In this document: piece after piece, positions 8,586 to 17,398 of the stretch
Layout of the letters: each line of letters begins with the position of its first letter
Position numbering within the stretch: position 1 is the stretch's first letter
IMG/VR virus record: IMGVR_UViG_3300049017_000027
Location: 1-33,791 of that record
DNA: 33,791 nucleotides
Origin: a virus
Lineage: Duplodnaviria > Caudoviricetes
Reading direction: 5' to 3' (one strand)
The notes under the pieces: generated by a model
The model's input: only the letters and a program-made list of their open reading frames with translations
Told to the model about the DNA's origin: nothing
Database searches by the model: none
Translations under genes and position numbers: made by a program

Positions 8586-9091
8586 GCATATCGAACCAAA
8601 TGCTGCACCTCCTGCACCACACGCTCGGACTGCGCCCGGATCACCGCGAGTCGTACCGAAACCATTTTGTCGCAGGCCCCGGACATCATGACCAACCAGA
8701 CCTTGAGGCGCTTGAGTTGGCTGGACTGATGAAGCGTGCGCCAACGCCGGGGTTCTGTGAAGCCGCAGATGTTGTTTTCGTCTGCACAAAAGCAGGCAAG
8801 GAATACGCCATCAATAATCTGCCACCAGAGTCGCCGAAGCCAAGGCGCTCCAACTACAGCAAATACCTAAACGCCGACACTGGTCACTCTTTTTACGAGT
8901 GGCTTGGTATCAATCGGCCTGAGTACGAAATGCGCGGGTTTCCGTGCCGTTGTGAATACCGCATGGTCCGCAAAGATCGTTCGTATTTTCAAATTAATGC
9001 CGATATTTACGGCGACTGGAAACCAACAAAGAAAGCGGCTAAGGAAAGCTATAAGGCCGCGTTAAAAGCATCGAAAGGAGCCCCAACATGA
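8582..9091 (+). CDS. Hypothetical phage protein
   Basis: ATGA coupling; LLHHTLG..YRNHFVAG motif common in phage early genes. Confidence 0.7.
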   Translation: MSISNQMLHLLHHTLGLRPDHRESYRNHFVAGPGHHDQPDLEALELAGLMKRAPTPGFCEAADVVFVCTKAGKEYAINNLPPESPKPRRSNYSKYLNADTGHSFYEWLGINRPEYEMRGFPCRCEYRMVRKDRSYFQINADIYGDWKPTKKAAKESYKAALKASKGAPT

Positions 9092-9303
9092 GCCTAGCCG
9101 ACGACATTGTTATCTGCCTCGCCGAAGTCAGAACGATCGGTTTAAACCTTGATTCCGAACACCCGATGCGCCATGCGGTTCATAACCTGCAGCGCACCGC
9201 CGAAGACATCCTGTCCAACGCTTCGCGGCAGGCCAGCAACCTTGCGCATCAGGCTCACCGGATCGTTAAGGATTTCGATGCGGCAAAGAGAGGTGCCCAA
9301 TGA
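9088..9303 (+). CDS. Hypothetical protein
   Basis: AGGAG RBS, ATGA coupling. Confidence 0.6.
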   Translation: MSLADDIVICLAEVRTIGLNLDSEHPMRHAVHNLQRTAEDILSNASRQASNLAHQAHRIVKDFDAAKRGAQ

Positions 9304-9485
9304 CCACCACATTCACAAAAATGGTTTGGCACCCAATCAAGCCAACCCTGCCGCGCAAACGCAAGCAGATCCAGATTCGCGCCCGTCGCATCATTCCTGA
9401 ACTACGGATGCGCCCGCGTGTTTTCCAGCCGGGGCCATACCGTGATGCCTTCGGTAACGCCAGATTCTTGGGGAGAGTGAAATGA
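9300..9485 (+). CDS. Hypothetical basic protein
   Basis: GAGG RBS, ATGA coupling. Confidence 0.5.
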   Translation: MTTTFTKMVWHPIKPTLPRKRKQIQIRARRIIPELRMRPRVFQPGPYRDAFGNARFLGRVK

Positions 9486-9778
9486 CCGATCGTGAATTGC
9501 TTGAACTGGCGGCGAAGGCGGCCGGGATTGATGGTGGTTTTGTGGAGAACGACGACTGGTATGGAACGGGAGTTGTATTCACCGATGAAAACGACTGCAA
9601 CCAAACGTGGAACCCGCTAACCGATGATGGCGATGCGCTGCGGCTGGCCGTGAAACTAGGATTTCGAATCGAATTTAGGTACAAATGGATTGTTGCAGGC
9701 AATCGAAATATTGTGTGGGACGACGACGAGTACCGCCGGGCAATCGTTCGTGCTTCCGCAATTGGGGCGTCATCATGA
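9482..9778 (+). CDS. Hypothetical phage protein
   Basis: MTDRELLELAAKAAG...WNPLTDDGDALRLAVKL...RRAIVRA, a common phage family. Confidence 0.75.
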   Translation: MTDRELLELAAKAAGIDGGFVENDDWYGTGVVFTDENDCNQTWNPLTDDGDALRLAVKLGFRIEFRYKWIVAGNRNIVWDDDEYRRAIVRASAIGASS

Positions 9779-10029
9779 GACACCACGAAGAGGAATATTT
9801 CGAGCGCCACAGCGGCGTTCATGGCGAGCCTGACGATGATTCAGGGCCAACGGAAGGATGGTGCGAACACTGCGGCAAGGAATGCCTTGGCATCACCGTG
9901 GATAACGGCATCGGGGCGTTCGAATATTGGGGCAGCAAAGGCGTTCATCATCAGATGGACATCGAGTCCAACTGCTGCAATGCTACGGTTCTTGATTACG
10001 ACCCCCACGAACTTGATGAAGCCGCCTAA
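9775..10029 (+). CDS. Acidic Zn-ribbon-like protein
   Basis: CEHC..DNGIGAFEYWG..SNCC; ATGA coupling. Confidence 0.65.
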   Translation: MRHHEEEYFERHSGVHGEPDDDSGPTEGWCEHCGKECLGITVDNGIGAFEYWGSKGVHHQMDIESNCCNATVLDYDPHELDEAA

Positions 10030-10030
10030 G

Positions 10031-10058
10031 AAAAAAGCCCTCGCAATGAGGGCTTTTT
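10031..10058. terminator. Bidirectional rho-independent terminator
   Basis: A6-GCCCTC-GCAAT-GAGGGC-T5 between convergent operons. Confidence 0.88.
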
Positions 10059-10145
10059 AATGCCTGTCGCGGAAGGCTTAGGCTGCCTTCGGAGTATGCC
10101 CGCGCTGCCGTGGGCTAGGCCCAGGAACAATTTTACCACTCACGG

Positions 10146-10754
10146 CTACAGCGCAAGCTGTTTCATCAATTCTTTGCGCTTGGCAATGTAGTGGTCCTTG
10201 ATGGCTTTCAATTGTTCGACGGTGTACTTTCGCGGTTCGTTGTCGGCCTCTAGCGCCTCGACCGCCTCCAGGCCAATGCGTGCGATCAGGTTGATTCGGT
10301 AATCAACCGCATTGCCGGCCAGGTAGCGGTTATCCATCTTCGACTGTGCGTGGCAGTTGCGCTCATCGAAGCGAAGGTGAGGCGCGCTTCCTGTGCTGCG
10401 GTAGTGGCCCGCATCAACGCTATTGCTAGACCAATCAAGCGGGCGGCCAGACGATATGCACGGAAGCCCGGCAGCCCTATCCCGCCATCTGATGTAGGCA
10501 TTGAATTCTCGCTGCGCCTCTTTCGTGTAGTCGCCCCGCGTCTTGATGGCCTCCTTCCGGATCTTGATCGTCTTCCGATCATCAGCCGCCGCGATCCGCT
10601 CGGCCTTCGATAGCTGCATCTTCTGGCGCTTGCGCTTTGCCTCAATGTGCCGCATCGCGTAGCTGACGCGGCAATCGTCCTTTTCGCAGCACGGCTGAAG
10701 CGGGCGAGTTGGCTGGTATTTTTCGCCGCACTCCGGGCATTTCTTGGCCCTCAT
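10146..10754 (-). CDS. ninG: NinG/Rap recombination endonuclease
   Basis: CPEC N-terminus, FNAYIRWRD, CISSG, DAGHYRSTGSAPHLRFDERNCHAQ. Confidence 0.92.
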   Translation of the reverse strand: MRAKKCPECGEKYQPTRPLQPCCEKDDCRVSYAMRHIEAKRKRQKMQLSKAERIAAADDRKTIKIRKEAIKTRGDYTKEAQREFNAYIRWRDRAAGLPCISSGRPLDWSSNSVDAGHYRSTGSAPHLRFDERNCHAQSKMDNRYLAGNAVDYRINLIARIGLEAVEALEADNEPRKYTVEQLKAIKDHYIAKRKELMKQLAL

Positions 10755-10978
10755 GGCGTTTTCTCGGCTTCGCCCTGCTCGATACCATCAGCCCAGCCCA
10801 AGACTATGCCAGATGCGCCGGCCAGTTCTTTGCCATGCTGCGCGGTCTCGCCATCGAAGCCCCCAAAGTATTCGAGCTTAACGGCGAGATCCAGCATCTT
10901 TTCGGATAGTTCGCGGAGTTCGGCGACTAGTGACTCTCGGGTATTGACGCCTACTGTGCTTGCGATGATGGCGGTCAT
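10751..10978 (-). CDS. Hypothetical protein
   Basis: 75 aa, coupled on both sides. Confidence 0.6.
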   Translation of the reverse strand: MTAIIASTVGVNTRESLVAELRELSEKMLDLAVKLEYFGGFDGETAQHGKELAGASGIVLGWADGIEQGEAEKTP

Positions 10979-11172
10979 TGGTGGTTCCTAGTGTCGCATT
11001 CGCAACCCGTGCAATCACGCGGAGTGCCTTTCTCAATGTCGAGTATCAGCCCCCAACAAAGCATCAGATTCGCATGATGCGATTCGGTCGTTTGGTATTC
11101 GCAGCACGAAGGTATTGCGTTCTGATAGGCGCTGTCAGACATGCACCCTGCCAATTCGTATTGGTAAATCAT
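10975..11172 (-). CDS. Hypothetical Cys-rich protein
   Basis: GGAGG RBS, coupled. Confidence 0.5.
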   Translation of the reverse strand: MIYQYELAGCMSDSAYQNAIPSCCEYQTTESHHANLMLCWGLILDIEKGTPRDCTGCECDTRNHQ

Positions 11173-11390
11173 CACTCCCCTCCAATCCTCGGGCACTTCG
11201 CAGCATGGCAAGCAGGCTCATATAGCTTCCGGTCGTGCTTGCATTCGCGGCTTGATGTATCGACGATCCATTCCGTCACCGGCACAGGCATGCCATTGAT
11301 GAATGAAACTCCGTTGTGCCAGTAGCCTTCTTTGCGCTCTTTGTTGGCGCAGGCGGTTAGGTCGCCCCATCCCAATACGTCAGGCGTCAT
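11172..11390 (-). CDS. Hypothetical Cys-containing protein
   Basis: 72 aa, GGAG RBS, coupled. Confidence 0.5.
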   Translation of the reverse strand: MTPDVLGWGDLTACANKERKEGYWHNGVSFINGMPVPVTEWIVDTSSRECKHDRKLYEPACHAAKCPRIGGE

Positions 11391-12037
11391 GATGCTATCT
11401 CCAGTTGTGACGGAACGCAGCGACTCGCCAGCTCAACAAGCCATGCGGCCAGCAGCGGCGGGGTGTGCTCTCTCTCGGCCTTTGTTATGTGGGGCCGGCA
11501 GTCGGTTCTCTTCCGGCTCTGCACAACGTGGGTTGCCTCTGCCATCACGTATGGCATTTTCGGTATATCTCCAGGCTCGCAACCAACCACATAAAACCAC
11601 GTGTCCTTCTCGGCCCGGTGGCCCCACCACTTCTGCGGCGCGGCAAGCGTCCAACCGCCATAGGAATCACGTCTTCCAGGAGCAGGCAGGCGCTGCGCCG
11701 CCCAAAGCGTGCTGCCGGCCGGGTGCTCTAACACGCCTCCAAACTCCCGCACCAAGGCCACAGCCAAGCGGCCAAGATTGCGCTCGTCTGGTCGTGGGTT
11801 GGCAAACGACCGAAGTCTTCCCCACGCACGGCAAGGCGGGTGTGCCACCACGGGCAACGGGCCGTCATAGGTGCGCGCATCGCGCTCCATGTCGTACACG
11901 TCGCAACCTTTGATTTGCTTGTAGTTGCTATCAGCGCGGGCGAATAGAACAGCGACAGTTTTAGCCATGTCATCAAGTACGTCAGGCTTCTGACCGTATG
12001 CCGGCTTGGCTATGTTTTGTTCGTTGTGGGGGATCAT
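11387..12037 (-). CDS. Short C5-cytosine methyltransferase-like protein
   Basis: VAHPPC (motif IV-like), VLEHP (motif VI-like), K.TW; degenerate motif I (VAVLFAR). Confidence 0.6.
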   Translation of the reverse strand: MIPHNEQNIAKPAYGQKPDVLDDMAKTVAVLFARADSNYKQIKGCDVYDMERDARTYDGPLPVVAHPPCRAWGRLRSFANPRPDERNLGRLAVALVREFGGVLEHPAGSTLWAAQRLPAPGRRDSYGGWTLAAPQKWWGHRAEKDTWFYVVGCEPGDIPKMPYVMAEATHVVQSRKRTDCRPHITKAEREHTPPLLAAWLVELASRCVPSQLEIAS

Positions 12038-12738
12038 GCGAAAAGCCTCGCTTGTGCGTAAGCCTGCTCGATGCGCCTGCACGCAATTACGAAATATTTC
12101 TCTTCTCGCTCGATGCCGTAGAAGGTTTTGCCCATGTTTGCGCAGGCAACGCCGGTTGTTCCGCTGCCCATGAACGGGTCAAAAACAGGACCGGAGCCTT
12201 GAACAAAATTGCTTACAAAGCTTTCGGCCAATTGAATTGGCTTTCCGGTTGGATGGTCGCCGTTTGTAACGATTGGTAGTGTGTAGTTGCCATGCTTGCC
12301 GCCTCCAAACCAATACTTTTTAATTCCTTTTTTATGCAGGTACGCAATACCCTCCCAGCCGTTTGCTGGGCGGTCTGCGCTGATCTGCGGCATTGGGTTT
12401 GGCTTTACCCAAACACCAAAACGGACGCAATCAAAGCTATCGTTTCCAACGCGCCAAAGTTCAGCGATATGCCTCCACTCCATCGTTGCAACAAACCATC
12501 GATCACATATCTTTGCGCATTCGTTCAACAAAAAATCAATGTCTTCAAACTCTACGGAGTCGAAGTCAATCGTCTTGTTTCCATGGCCTTTGCCTTTGTT
12601 ACTCTTGGCGTTGCTGTGCGTTTCGCTTCCATAAGGCGGATCGGTTATTACGCAATCAACACGCGGAATCGTCGGCATGATTTCGCGGCAGTCGCCAAGG
12701 TATAGGTGGCAATTGCCAATGATTTCGGTCGGCTTCAT
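12034..12738 (-). CDS. N6-adenine/N4-cytosine DNA methyltransferase (beta class)
   Basis: GDC, TDPPY, HPTGKP, DPFMGSGTTG, GIE. Confidence 0.93.
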   Translation of the reverse strand: MKPTEIIGNCHLYLGDCREIMPTIPRVDCVITDPPYGSETHSNAKSNKGKGHGNKTIDFDSVEFEDIDFLLNECAKICDRWFVATMEWRHIAELWRVGNDSFDCVRFGVWVKPNPMPQISADRPANGWEGIAYLHKKGIKKYWFGGGKHGNYTLPIVTNGDHPTGKPIQLAESFVSNFVQGSGPVFDPFMGSGTTGVACANMGKTFYGIEREEKYFVIACRRIEQAYAQARLFA

Positions 12739-12899
12739 TTCCCCACCTTCGAATCTTTCGCTACCTGCTCACGGTGTAGCCGGTATGAGTCTGTTTCCTG
12801 GCGGTCAGCCTTGCGCTCGCGGTCCTCGCGGTTGATAGCGCTCGGCGCCTGGCCATAGGCCGTCTTGGCGATGTTCTTTTCGTTCGGATCAGTCGTCAT
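12735..12899 (-). CDS. Hypothetical protein (54 aa)
   Basis: Not in ORF track; fills gap, ATGA coupling to the MTase. Confidence 0.45.
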   Translation of the reverse strand: MTTDPNEKNIAKTAYGQAPSAINREDRERKADRQETDSYRLHREQVAKDSKVGK

Positions 12900-13269
12900 A
12901 GTCGCCATCCATTTCGCGCGGCGGCTTGTAGCCTTTCGGCTTGGGGCCTGGCTTCAGCTTCAAATGCTGCTGGCCGGTCGTAGTCCGCGCCTTGCGCCAC
13001 TTCTCGAACTGCCCAGCGGTGCATTTCGTCTCGGCGACGGTATCGAGCAGCAGTTCCACGTTACTCGACTGCAGGCAGCGGCCTGATTGCTTATCGAACA
13101 GCAAGCCGGTACTGGCGCAAGCGTAGAAAATTCGGCCACTTTTCTTCGGCCACTCGGCTTCGGATAGCTTGCTTTCGTCGTCGGAGCGCAGTTGATGCAG
13201 GCGCACCATGCCCGACCATTGGATGCTCGATTGCAGTTGCGACATGTTCAGTTCGATTTCACTTGCCAT
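12889..13269 (-). CDS. Hypothetical protein
   Basis: 126 aa in operon, GGGGG RBS. Confidence 0.6.
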   Translation of the reverse strand: MASEIELNMSQLQSSIQWSGMVRLHQLRSDDESKLSEAEWPKKSGRIFYACASTGLLFDKQSGRCLQSSNVELLLDTVAETKCTAGQFEKWRKARTTTGQQHLKLKPGPKPKGYKPPREMDGDYDD

Positions 13270-13298
13270 TTACTTACCCCCCGTTGGTTGTTTGATGG

Positions 13299-13598
13299 TC
13301 ATTGCAGTAGATCGAGTTGCTTCGCCGGCAGACCTACCGGGCGAATGGTGATATTGCTCAATCTATCTTTGCGCCTTGGCTTCTCGACTAGCAGGCCGAA
13401 ATCGTTCAGGCATTCGTTTAGCCGTGCGCTGATCGTGCTTTTTTGCATTCCGAGCGCGCCGGCCAGTTCGCCGATAGACCACGAACCGCCATTTATCTCG
13501 ATGAAACGCACAATCACGGCTCGCTGATGACTTGATAAGCCAGCGGCTTCGTGCGCGTGGCAGGCGTCGATTGCGGTGGGTTGCTGTGCAATTCTCAT
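13299..13598 (-). CDS. Winged-helix (MarR/IclR-like) DNA-binding protein
   Basis: SIGELAGALGMQKSTISARLNEC. Confidence 0.75.
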   Translation of the reverse strand: MRIAQQPTAIDACHAHEAAGLSSHQRAVIVRFIEINGGSWSIGELAGALGMQKSTISARLNECLNDFGLLVEKPRRKDRLSNITIRPVGLPAKQLDLLQ

Positions 13599-14071
13599 GC
13601 TGCCCGCCGATCTGGTGCTTCGTGGAAAATCACGCCAAGGCCGGCGCCGAACGCCTCGACCTGCTGCAGATACAAGGCGAAACCGCGCTTGAGAAGTTGA
13701 GTAGTAGAGCCCACCAGAATGCGGTTTCCGGCCGGGTCGATGTCCCACTTCCGGTAGCCTTCCTTCGCCAACTCTGGCAACTCTGGATCGTTGTCTTCAG
13801 GTAGGTATTCGCGTTTCAGGTGTTCGTGCCATACCTCGGCCGAGAACTGGCGGTTATTGACCCATGCCTGGGCGGCGATGTCGCGCAGCGGGCCGGCCCA
13901 CATACGAGCGTTTGCATCCATGCCGCGAACCTTTTGCTGCTCACGGATGACCACCTCAAGCGGCGCATCTGGATCAATCGGCAAATGCTCAATGGCGGCC
14001 AGCGCTGTTTGTTTCTGCATGGCACCAACGAGGCGAATGGATCGCGTCTGGAATTTCTGGCGGGCAATCAC
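13595..14071 (-). CDS. ninB: NinB/Orf-family recombination protein
   Basis: R..DANARMWA..LRDIA.Q..WHEHLK...GSTTQL..F..YLQQVEAFGA.LGV.F. Confidence 0.85.
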   Translation of the reverse strand: MIARQKFQTRSIRLVGAMQKQTALAAIEHLPIDPDAPLEVVIREQQKVRGMDANARMWAGPLRDIAAQAWVNNRQFSAEVWHEHLKREYLPEDNDPELPELAKEGYRKWDIDPAGNRILVGSTTQLLKRGFALYLQQVEAFGAGLGVIFHEAPDRRAA

Positions 14072-14181
14072 TTCTCGCCCCCTGGCGCATTCCGAAACAG
14101 CCGCGGGCAGACAGCCAGCCCAAACGCGATGCTGACGAGTGCCCAGCCCAAGGCAATCAGGCCAATTGCGATGCTGCTCAT
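14068..14181 (-). CDS. Small membrane peptide (37 aa)
   Basis: MSSIAIGLIALGWALVSIAFGLAVCPRL...; GGAGG RBS; coupled both sides. Confidence 0.45.
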   Translation of the reverse strand: MSSIAIGLIALGWALVSIAFGLAVCPRLFRNAPGGEK

Positions 14182-15299
14182 TGGGAAACCTCCTGTGCGC
14201 AAAAAAGTGATGACTGCGCGGCCTTTGAGCAATGCGGAGAAAACCAGATGACCTCACGCTTGGCGTTTTCGCGTCCGCGTCCTTGCCCTTGGTTGCCGTA
14301 TCCGCCTTTCGCCTTCCACTGGTAAGCGGACCATCCGGCCGCTATCATTTCCCCGTCGTGCTCGCCCATGTATCCGCACAAGGCAATACGAAACGCCGGG
14401 TTTCCTCCGTTATCTACCGCCCATCGCCTAGCACGTTCGCCGACACCGTTGGTATCAACCGAATAGGCGTCGTGGCAATCTGCCGCCGATGTGTCGTATG
14501 GCGGATCGAGAAATACCGCCGTTGTTCCGATAGCCGTCGTAATTGATGGCCCGAGTACGCGCTCGAAATCGCCGCAGGCGATACGCACGTCGCGCAGTCT
14601 TAACGCAAGATCGCCAAAATACTGAACGAGGCCAGCGCGCCTTACAGATGCCTTGTTGATTCCTTGGCCGGCGGCACCGCAATCACCGCGCAGCGCCGGC
14701 AACTGCCGGTTAATCCCTTGCACCGCATTCGCCGTCAGCGCCGGCAACTGCTCCGGTGCGGCAGCTTGCGGTTCAATGCCCTGATCTCCAGACAGGTGCG
14801 GCAGTTTGCGGTTGATGCCCTTACCTTCGGACAGGTGCGGCAGTTGGCGAGAATCAACCAGTTCGCCGTCGACCACAATCCACGGACCTTGACCACTACA
14901 CCATCCCGATCCAATCCAGCTTGAGATACCCCAAAGCCACCATCCAGCGGCCTTTGTGTCGTAGAACGCGGCGTCACCCATCAGGCGAGCGGTAATGCTT
15001 TCGCGTTGACCAACTAGCCACGCATGGCGGGCGTGCAAATCACATTCTGAAACCGGATAGTCGGCATGGTCAGCAACAGACTCAGGATCTGCCTGCAGCG
15101 CCCGCCATGCGTTTGTTAGAAGACCATCAAAGTCATTGACGGTTTCAAACCCTTGGCGACTTGGGCGAGCCAGCAAGCAGGCGCCAGAACCGAAAAACGG
15201 CTCAACGAAATTTCCAACCTTTCCAAATCGTTGCCATACCTCGGAAGCGACTGAACTCTTTCCACCAAACCACGGAAACGGTGCGCGCAAATCTCCCAT
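14178..15299 (-). CDS. DNA adenine methyltransferase (Dam/D12-like) with internal repeats
   Basis: PFPWFGGKS, VEPFFGSGA, ETVND, FLDPPY, REVIWFSPHC. Confidence 0.88.
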   Translation of the reverse strand: MGDLRAPFPWFGGKSSVASEVWQRFGKVGNFVEPFFGSGACLLARPSRQGFETVNDFDGLLTNAWRALQADPESVADHADYPVSECDLHARHAWLVGQRESITARLMGDAAFYDTKAAGWWLWGISSWIGSGWCSGQGPWIVVDGELVDSRQLPHLSEGKGINRKLPHLSGDQGIEPQAAAPEQLPALTANAVQGINRQLPALRGDCGAAGQGINKASVRRAGLVQYFGDLALRLRDVRIACGDFERVLGPSITTAIGTTAVFLDPPYDTSAADCHDAYSVDTNGVGERARRWAVDNGGNPAFRIALCGYMGEHDGEMIAAGWSAYQWKAKGGYGNQGQGRGRENAKREVIWFSPHCSKAAQSSLFCAQEVSQ

Positions 15300-15481
15300 T
15301 ATTTCCCCTCCTGTGCGGTAAATTTCACTTCGTACTCGGCGCAGTTCGTGTGCTGCTTGCTGTCCTTGGTGCAATTACCCTGACCGTCCTCTTGGTAGTC
15401 ACGCCAGTAGCGATGCTCGACCGGAATAGGCTGCCCGCACAGGTCGCATGTGTGCTGCTTCTTGGCTGTTTGGCACTTCAT
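15299..15481 (-). CDS. Small Zn-finger protein
   Basis: AKKQHTCDLCGQPI...H..C. Confidence 0.6.
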   Translation of the reverse strand: MKCQTAKKQHTCDLCGQPIPVEHRYWRDYQEDGQGNCTKDSKQHTNCAEYEVKFTAQEGK

Positions 15482-15663
15482 TTCTTCCGATCCTTTCCGG
15501 CCGCAACGACCTTCTTCCAAACCTGTTCAGCGAACGCCCGTGACTGCGTTTCTTCCATGAACCGGCACTGGCGTATCTGCTCGGCGCGGTCCAGTTGCAG
15601 GGCGATGATGTCGATTGCCTGCTCCATGCTCGGGAGCTTTGTGGTGGTTTGCTTGCTAATCAC
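15478..15663 (-). CDS. Hypothetical protein
   Basis: Between loader-like gene and Zn-finger gene; start uncertain. Confidence 0.45.
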   Translation of the reverse strand: MISKQTTTKLPSMEQAIDIIALQLDRAEQIRQCRFMEETQSRAFAEQVWKKVVAAGKDRKK

Positions 15664-15670
15664 GCAGCAA

Positions 15671-16237
15671 TCATGCCTTGACAAATGAAAGGCCGTCCCA
15701 GCGGAGAAGTAGCTTTCCTTCTCCGGTGCAGATGCCATCGATTACCAGTTGATCGAACACGGAGGCCAGCGCCGGGAACCTTGCCGCATTCTTCTTGGCG
15801 TCAAAAACCATTTCCATGGCCCGCTGGCTTTTCGGCTTCTTTGCCCACATCAGGCCGTCGAATACCGGCGCTTTGACAGCATCTGCAACCTTGCGAGACA
15901 AGGCGCGATGATGCGCAACCTCTTCCTCTGTCGGCTTGTATTCGACCCTGGCAACCGCCTCGTTCTTCAGCGGAGCGCGTTTGCAGATGTCGCGGAACTC
16001 AATCGCGTTCGGCGCGTGGTCAGTCGGAAGATGCTCAAGGCCATAGCCGATCGCCTCCAACTTGTCGCTGAAGTGGCGTAGCTCATGCGCCCAGGTTTCT
16101 TTTGCGTTCGCTACACCGACATCGATGCCATTCTCAACGACGGAAAACTTCGACTTGAACTGCGCCCCGTAGATGCCAATCAGGCGATTGAATACGCGGT
16201 CAATAATTCGCTGGTCAAGCGGCTCAATCTTGTTCAT
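15671..16237 (-). CDS. Replication protein (lambda P/loader-like position)
   Basis: Follows initiator; VFNRL..IYG..F..W...P.AIEF..IC pattern. Confidence 0.65.
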   Translation of the reverse strand: MNKIEPLDQRIIDRVFNRLIGIYGAQFKSKFSVVENGIDVGVANAKETWAHELRHFSDKLEAIGYGLEHLPTDHAPNAIEFRDICKRAPLKNEAVARVEYKPTEEEVAHHRALSRKVADAVKAPVFDGLMWAKKPKSQRAMEMVFDAKKNAARFPALASVFDQLVIDGICTGEGKLLLRWDGLSFVKA

Positions 16238-17136
16238 CGAATCACCTCTCCTTGGATAAGTCGCGGCTCGTCAGCGCCGACGCTTGAGCCAAAGAAGGCG
16301 CGTGCAGTCGCCTCTTGGTTGATCTGGTATTGGGTCTTTTTCTGAGCGGATGGTTGGGATTGCCAATTCCACGTTGAGTCAAATCCCTGCCAGCCCCTTT
16401 CTCCGCAGATGCGAACGGCGTCATCAACGGATATGCCAGCCTTGCCAGCCTCTCGAACAAGGCCATCGAGCGCGGTTTGTGTATTTGCGGCTCGCTTCGC
16501 CTTCCTTACAGCCAGCCAATCAGCGGCAAGCTTTTCAGGCACACCAAGGCCAATGAGCGCCTTCATCATGTCAAATCCACCATCTTTTTTCTGGCGAGGC
16601 GGACGCGGCAGCGGATCGCTAGATTTTGCAGTTACTTCTTTATTCGGTGAATCAGTGAATCGGTGAATCGGTGAATCAGGGCGTTCGGTAACAGGTGATT
16701 CACAGTTAGAGCCCTGCGCACTAACGTTATTTTTGCTTTGATTAACGTTATTGTTACGTTTGGTTCCTGTTACATACCCGGCCTTGTTGCGTTCATGAAC
16801 GGTGTATTCACCGTCTTTTCCCGGAAGATCGCTATCCCGCTCGGTTCCGTGCGGGGTCTGGTGTTTCAGGAAATTGACTATCTGAATAACCTTTTTTCCG
16901 ACAGCCTCGTAACGATCAATGAATCCGCTATCAGCAAGCAACCGAAGGGATTCGTCTGTGTCGTCTGGGTCATATGGGAACAGTTCCAGCTTGATGCGCT
17001 TAGGCCTGTCCTCCAGGCGCCCTTCTCTATCGGCAAGTGTCCACAATCCGATAAATAACAGGCGAACAAATGGCGGCTGTTCAACGAGTAATTCGTTTTT
17101 GAACAGGCCCGGCTTAATGTTCCTTGCTCTTGCCAC
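16234..17136 (-). CDS. Phage replication initiator (replisome organiser)
   Basis: MARARNIKPG.F.NE, RLLFIGLWTLADREGRLEDRPKRIK, F.KHQ.PH; C-terminal W..R..K.A..T..A..GWQG. Confidence 0.85.
   Translation of the reverse strand: MARARNIKPGLFKNELLVEQPPFVRLLFIGLWTLADREGRLEDRPKRIKLELFPYDPDDTDESLRLLADSGFIDRYEAVGKKVIQIVNFLKHQTPHGTERDSDLPGKDGEYTVHERNKAGYVTGTKRNNNVNQSKNNVSAQGSNCESPVTERPDSPIHRFTDSPNKEVTAKSSDPLPRPPRQKKDGGFDMMKALIGLGVPEKLAADWLAVRKAKRAANTQTALDGLVREAGKAGISVDDAVRICGERGWQGFDSTWNWQSQPSAQKKTQYQINQEATARAFFGSSVGADEPRLIQGEVIR
16644..16760. repeat. Putative origin: 4+ copies of TC(G/A)GTGAA plus AT-rich TAACGTTATT x2
   Basis: 8-bp tandem units at 16644-16679 inside the initiator gene, next to an AT-rich segment. 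Confidence 0.6.
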
Positions 17137-17252
17137 TGATTTCCTCCCGGCGCTAACGCCATTCCTCCCGGCCTACTGATTGGGTGGGGATGCGCGAGGG
17201 AGGGAGGATTCCCCCGCGCCGGCCGGCCAGCCGTTTCCCATTGATCGTTGTG

Positions 17253-17330
17253 GATTGCTTATTGAGCAGCAATCTACTATGCTTAAAGCGTAATTTATGC
17301 GTTTGTAAGGTTTTGCTAAACTGACAGTAA
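17253..17330. promoter_or_regulatory. Two operator sites between rep and repressor
   Basis: TTGCT-N8-AGCAA at 17255-17272; TTGCT-N8-AGTAA at 17313-17330. Confidence 0.7.
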
Positions 17331-17398
17331 GCGAAACTTTACAACGAAAGGATTAGCCATGGCAATGGCACGTGCAATTTATTTTTTTGGAGTACGCA

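Noticed and set aside
10062-10120. Hammerhead ribozyme
   Set aside because: Three-way junction lacks the CUGANGA and GAAA core on either strand
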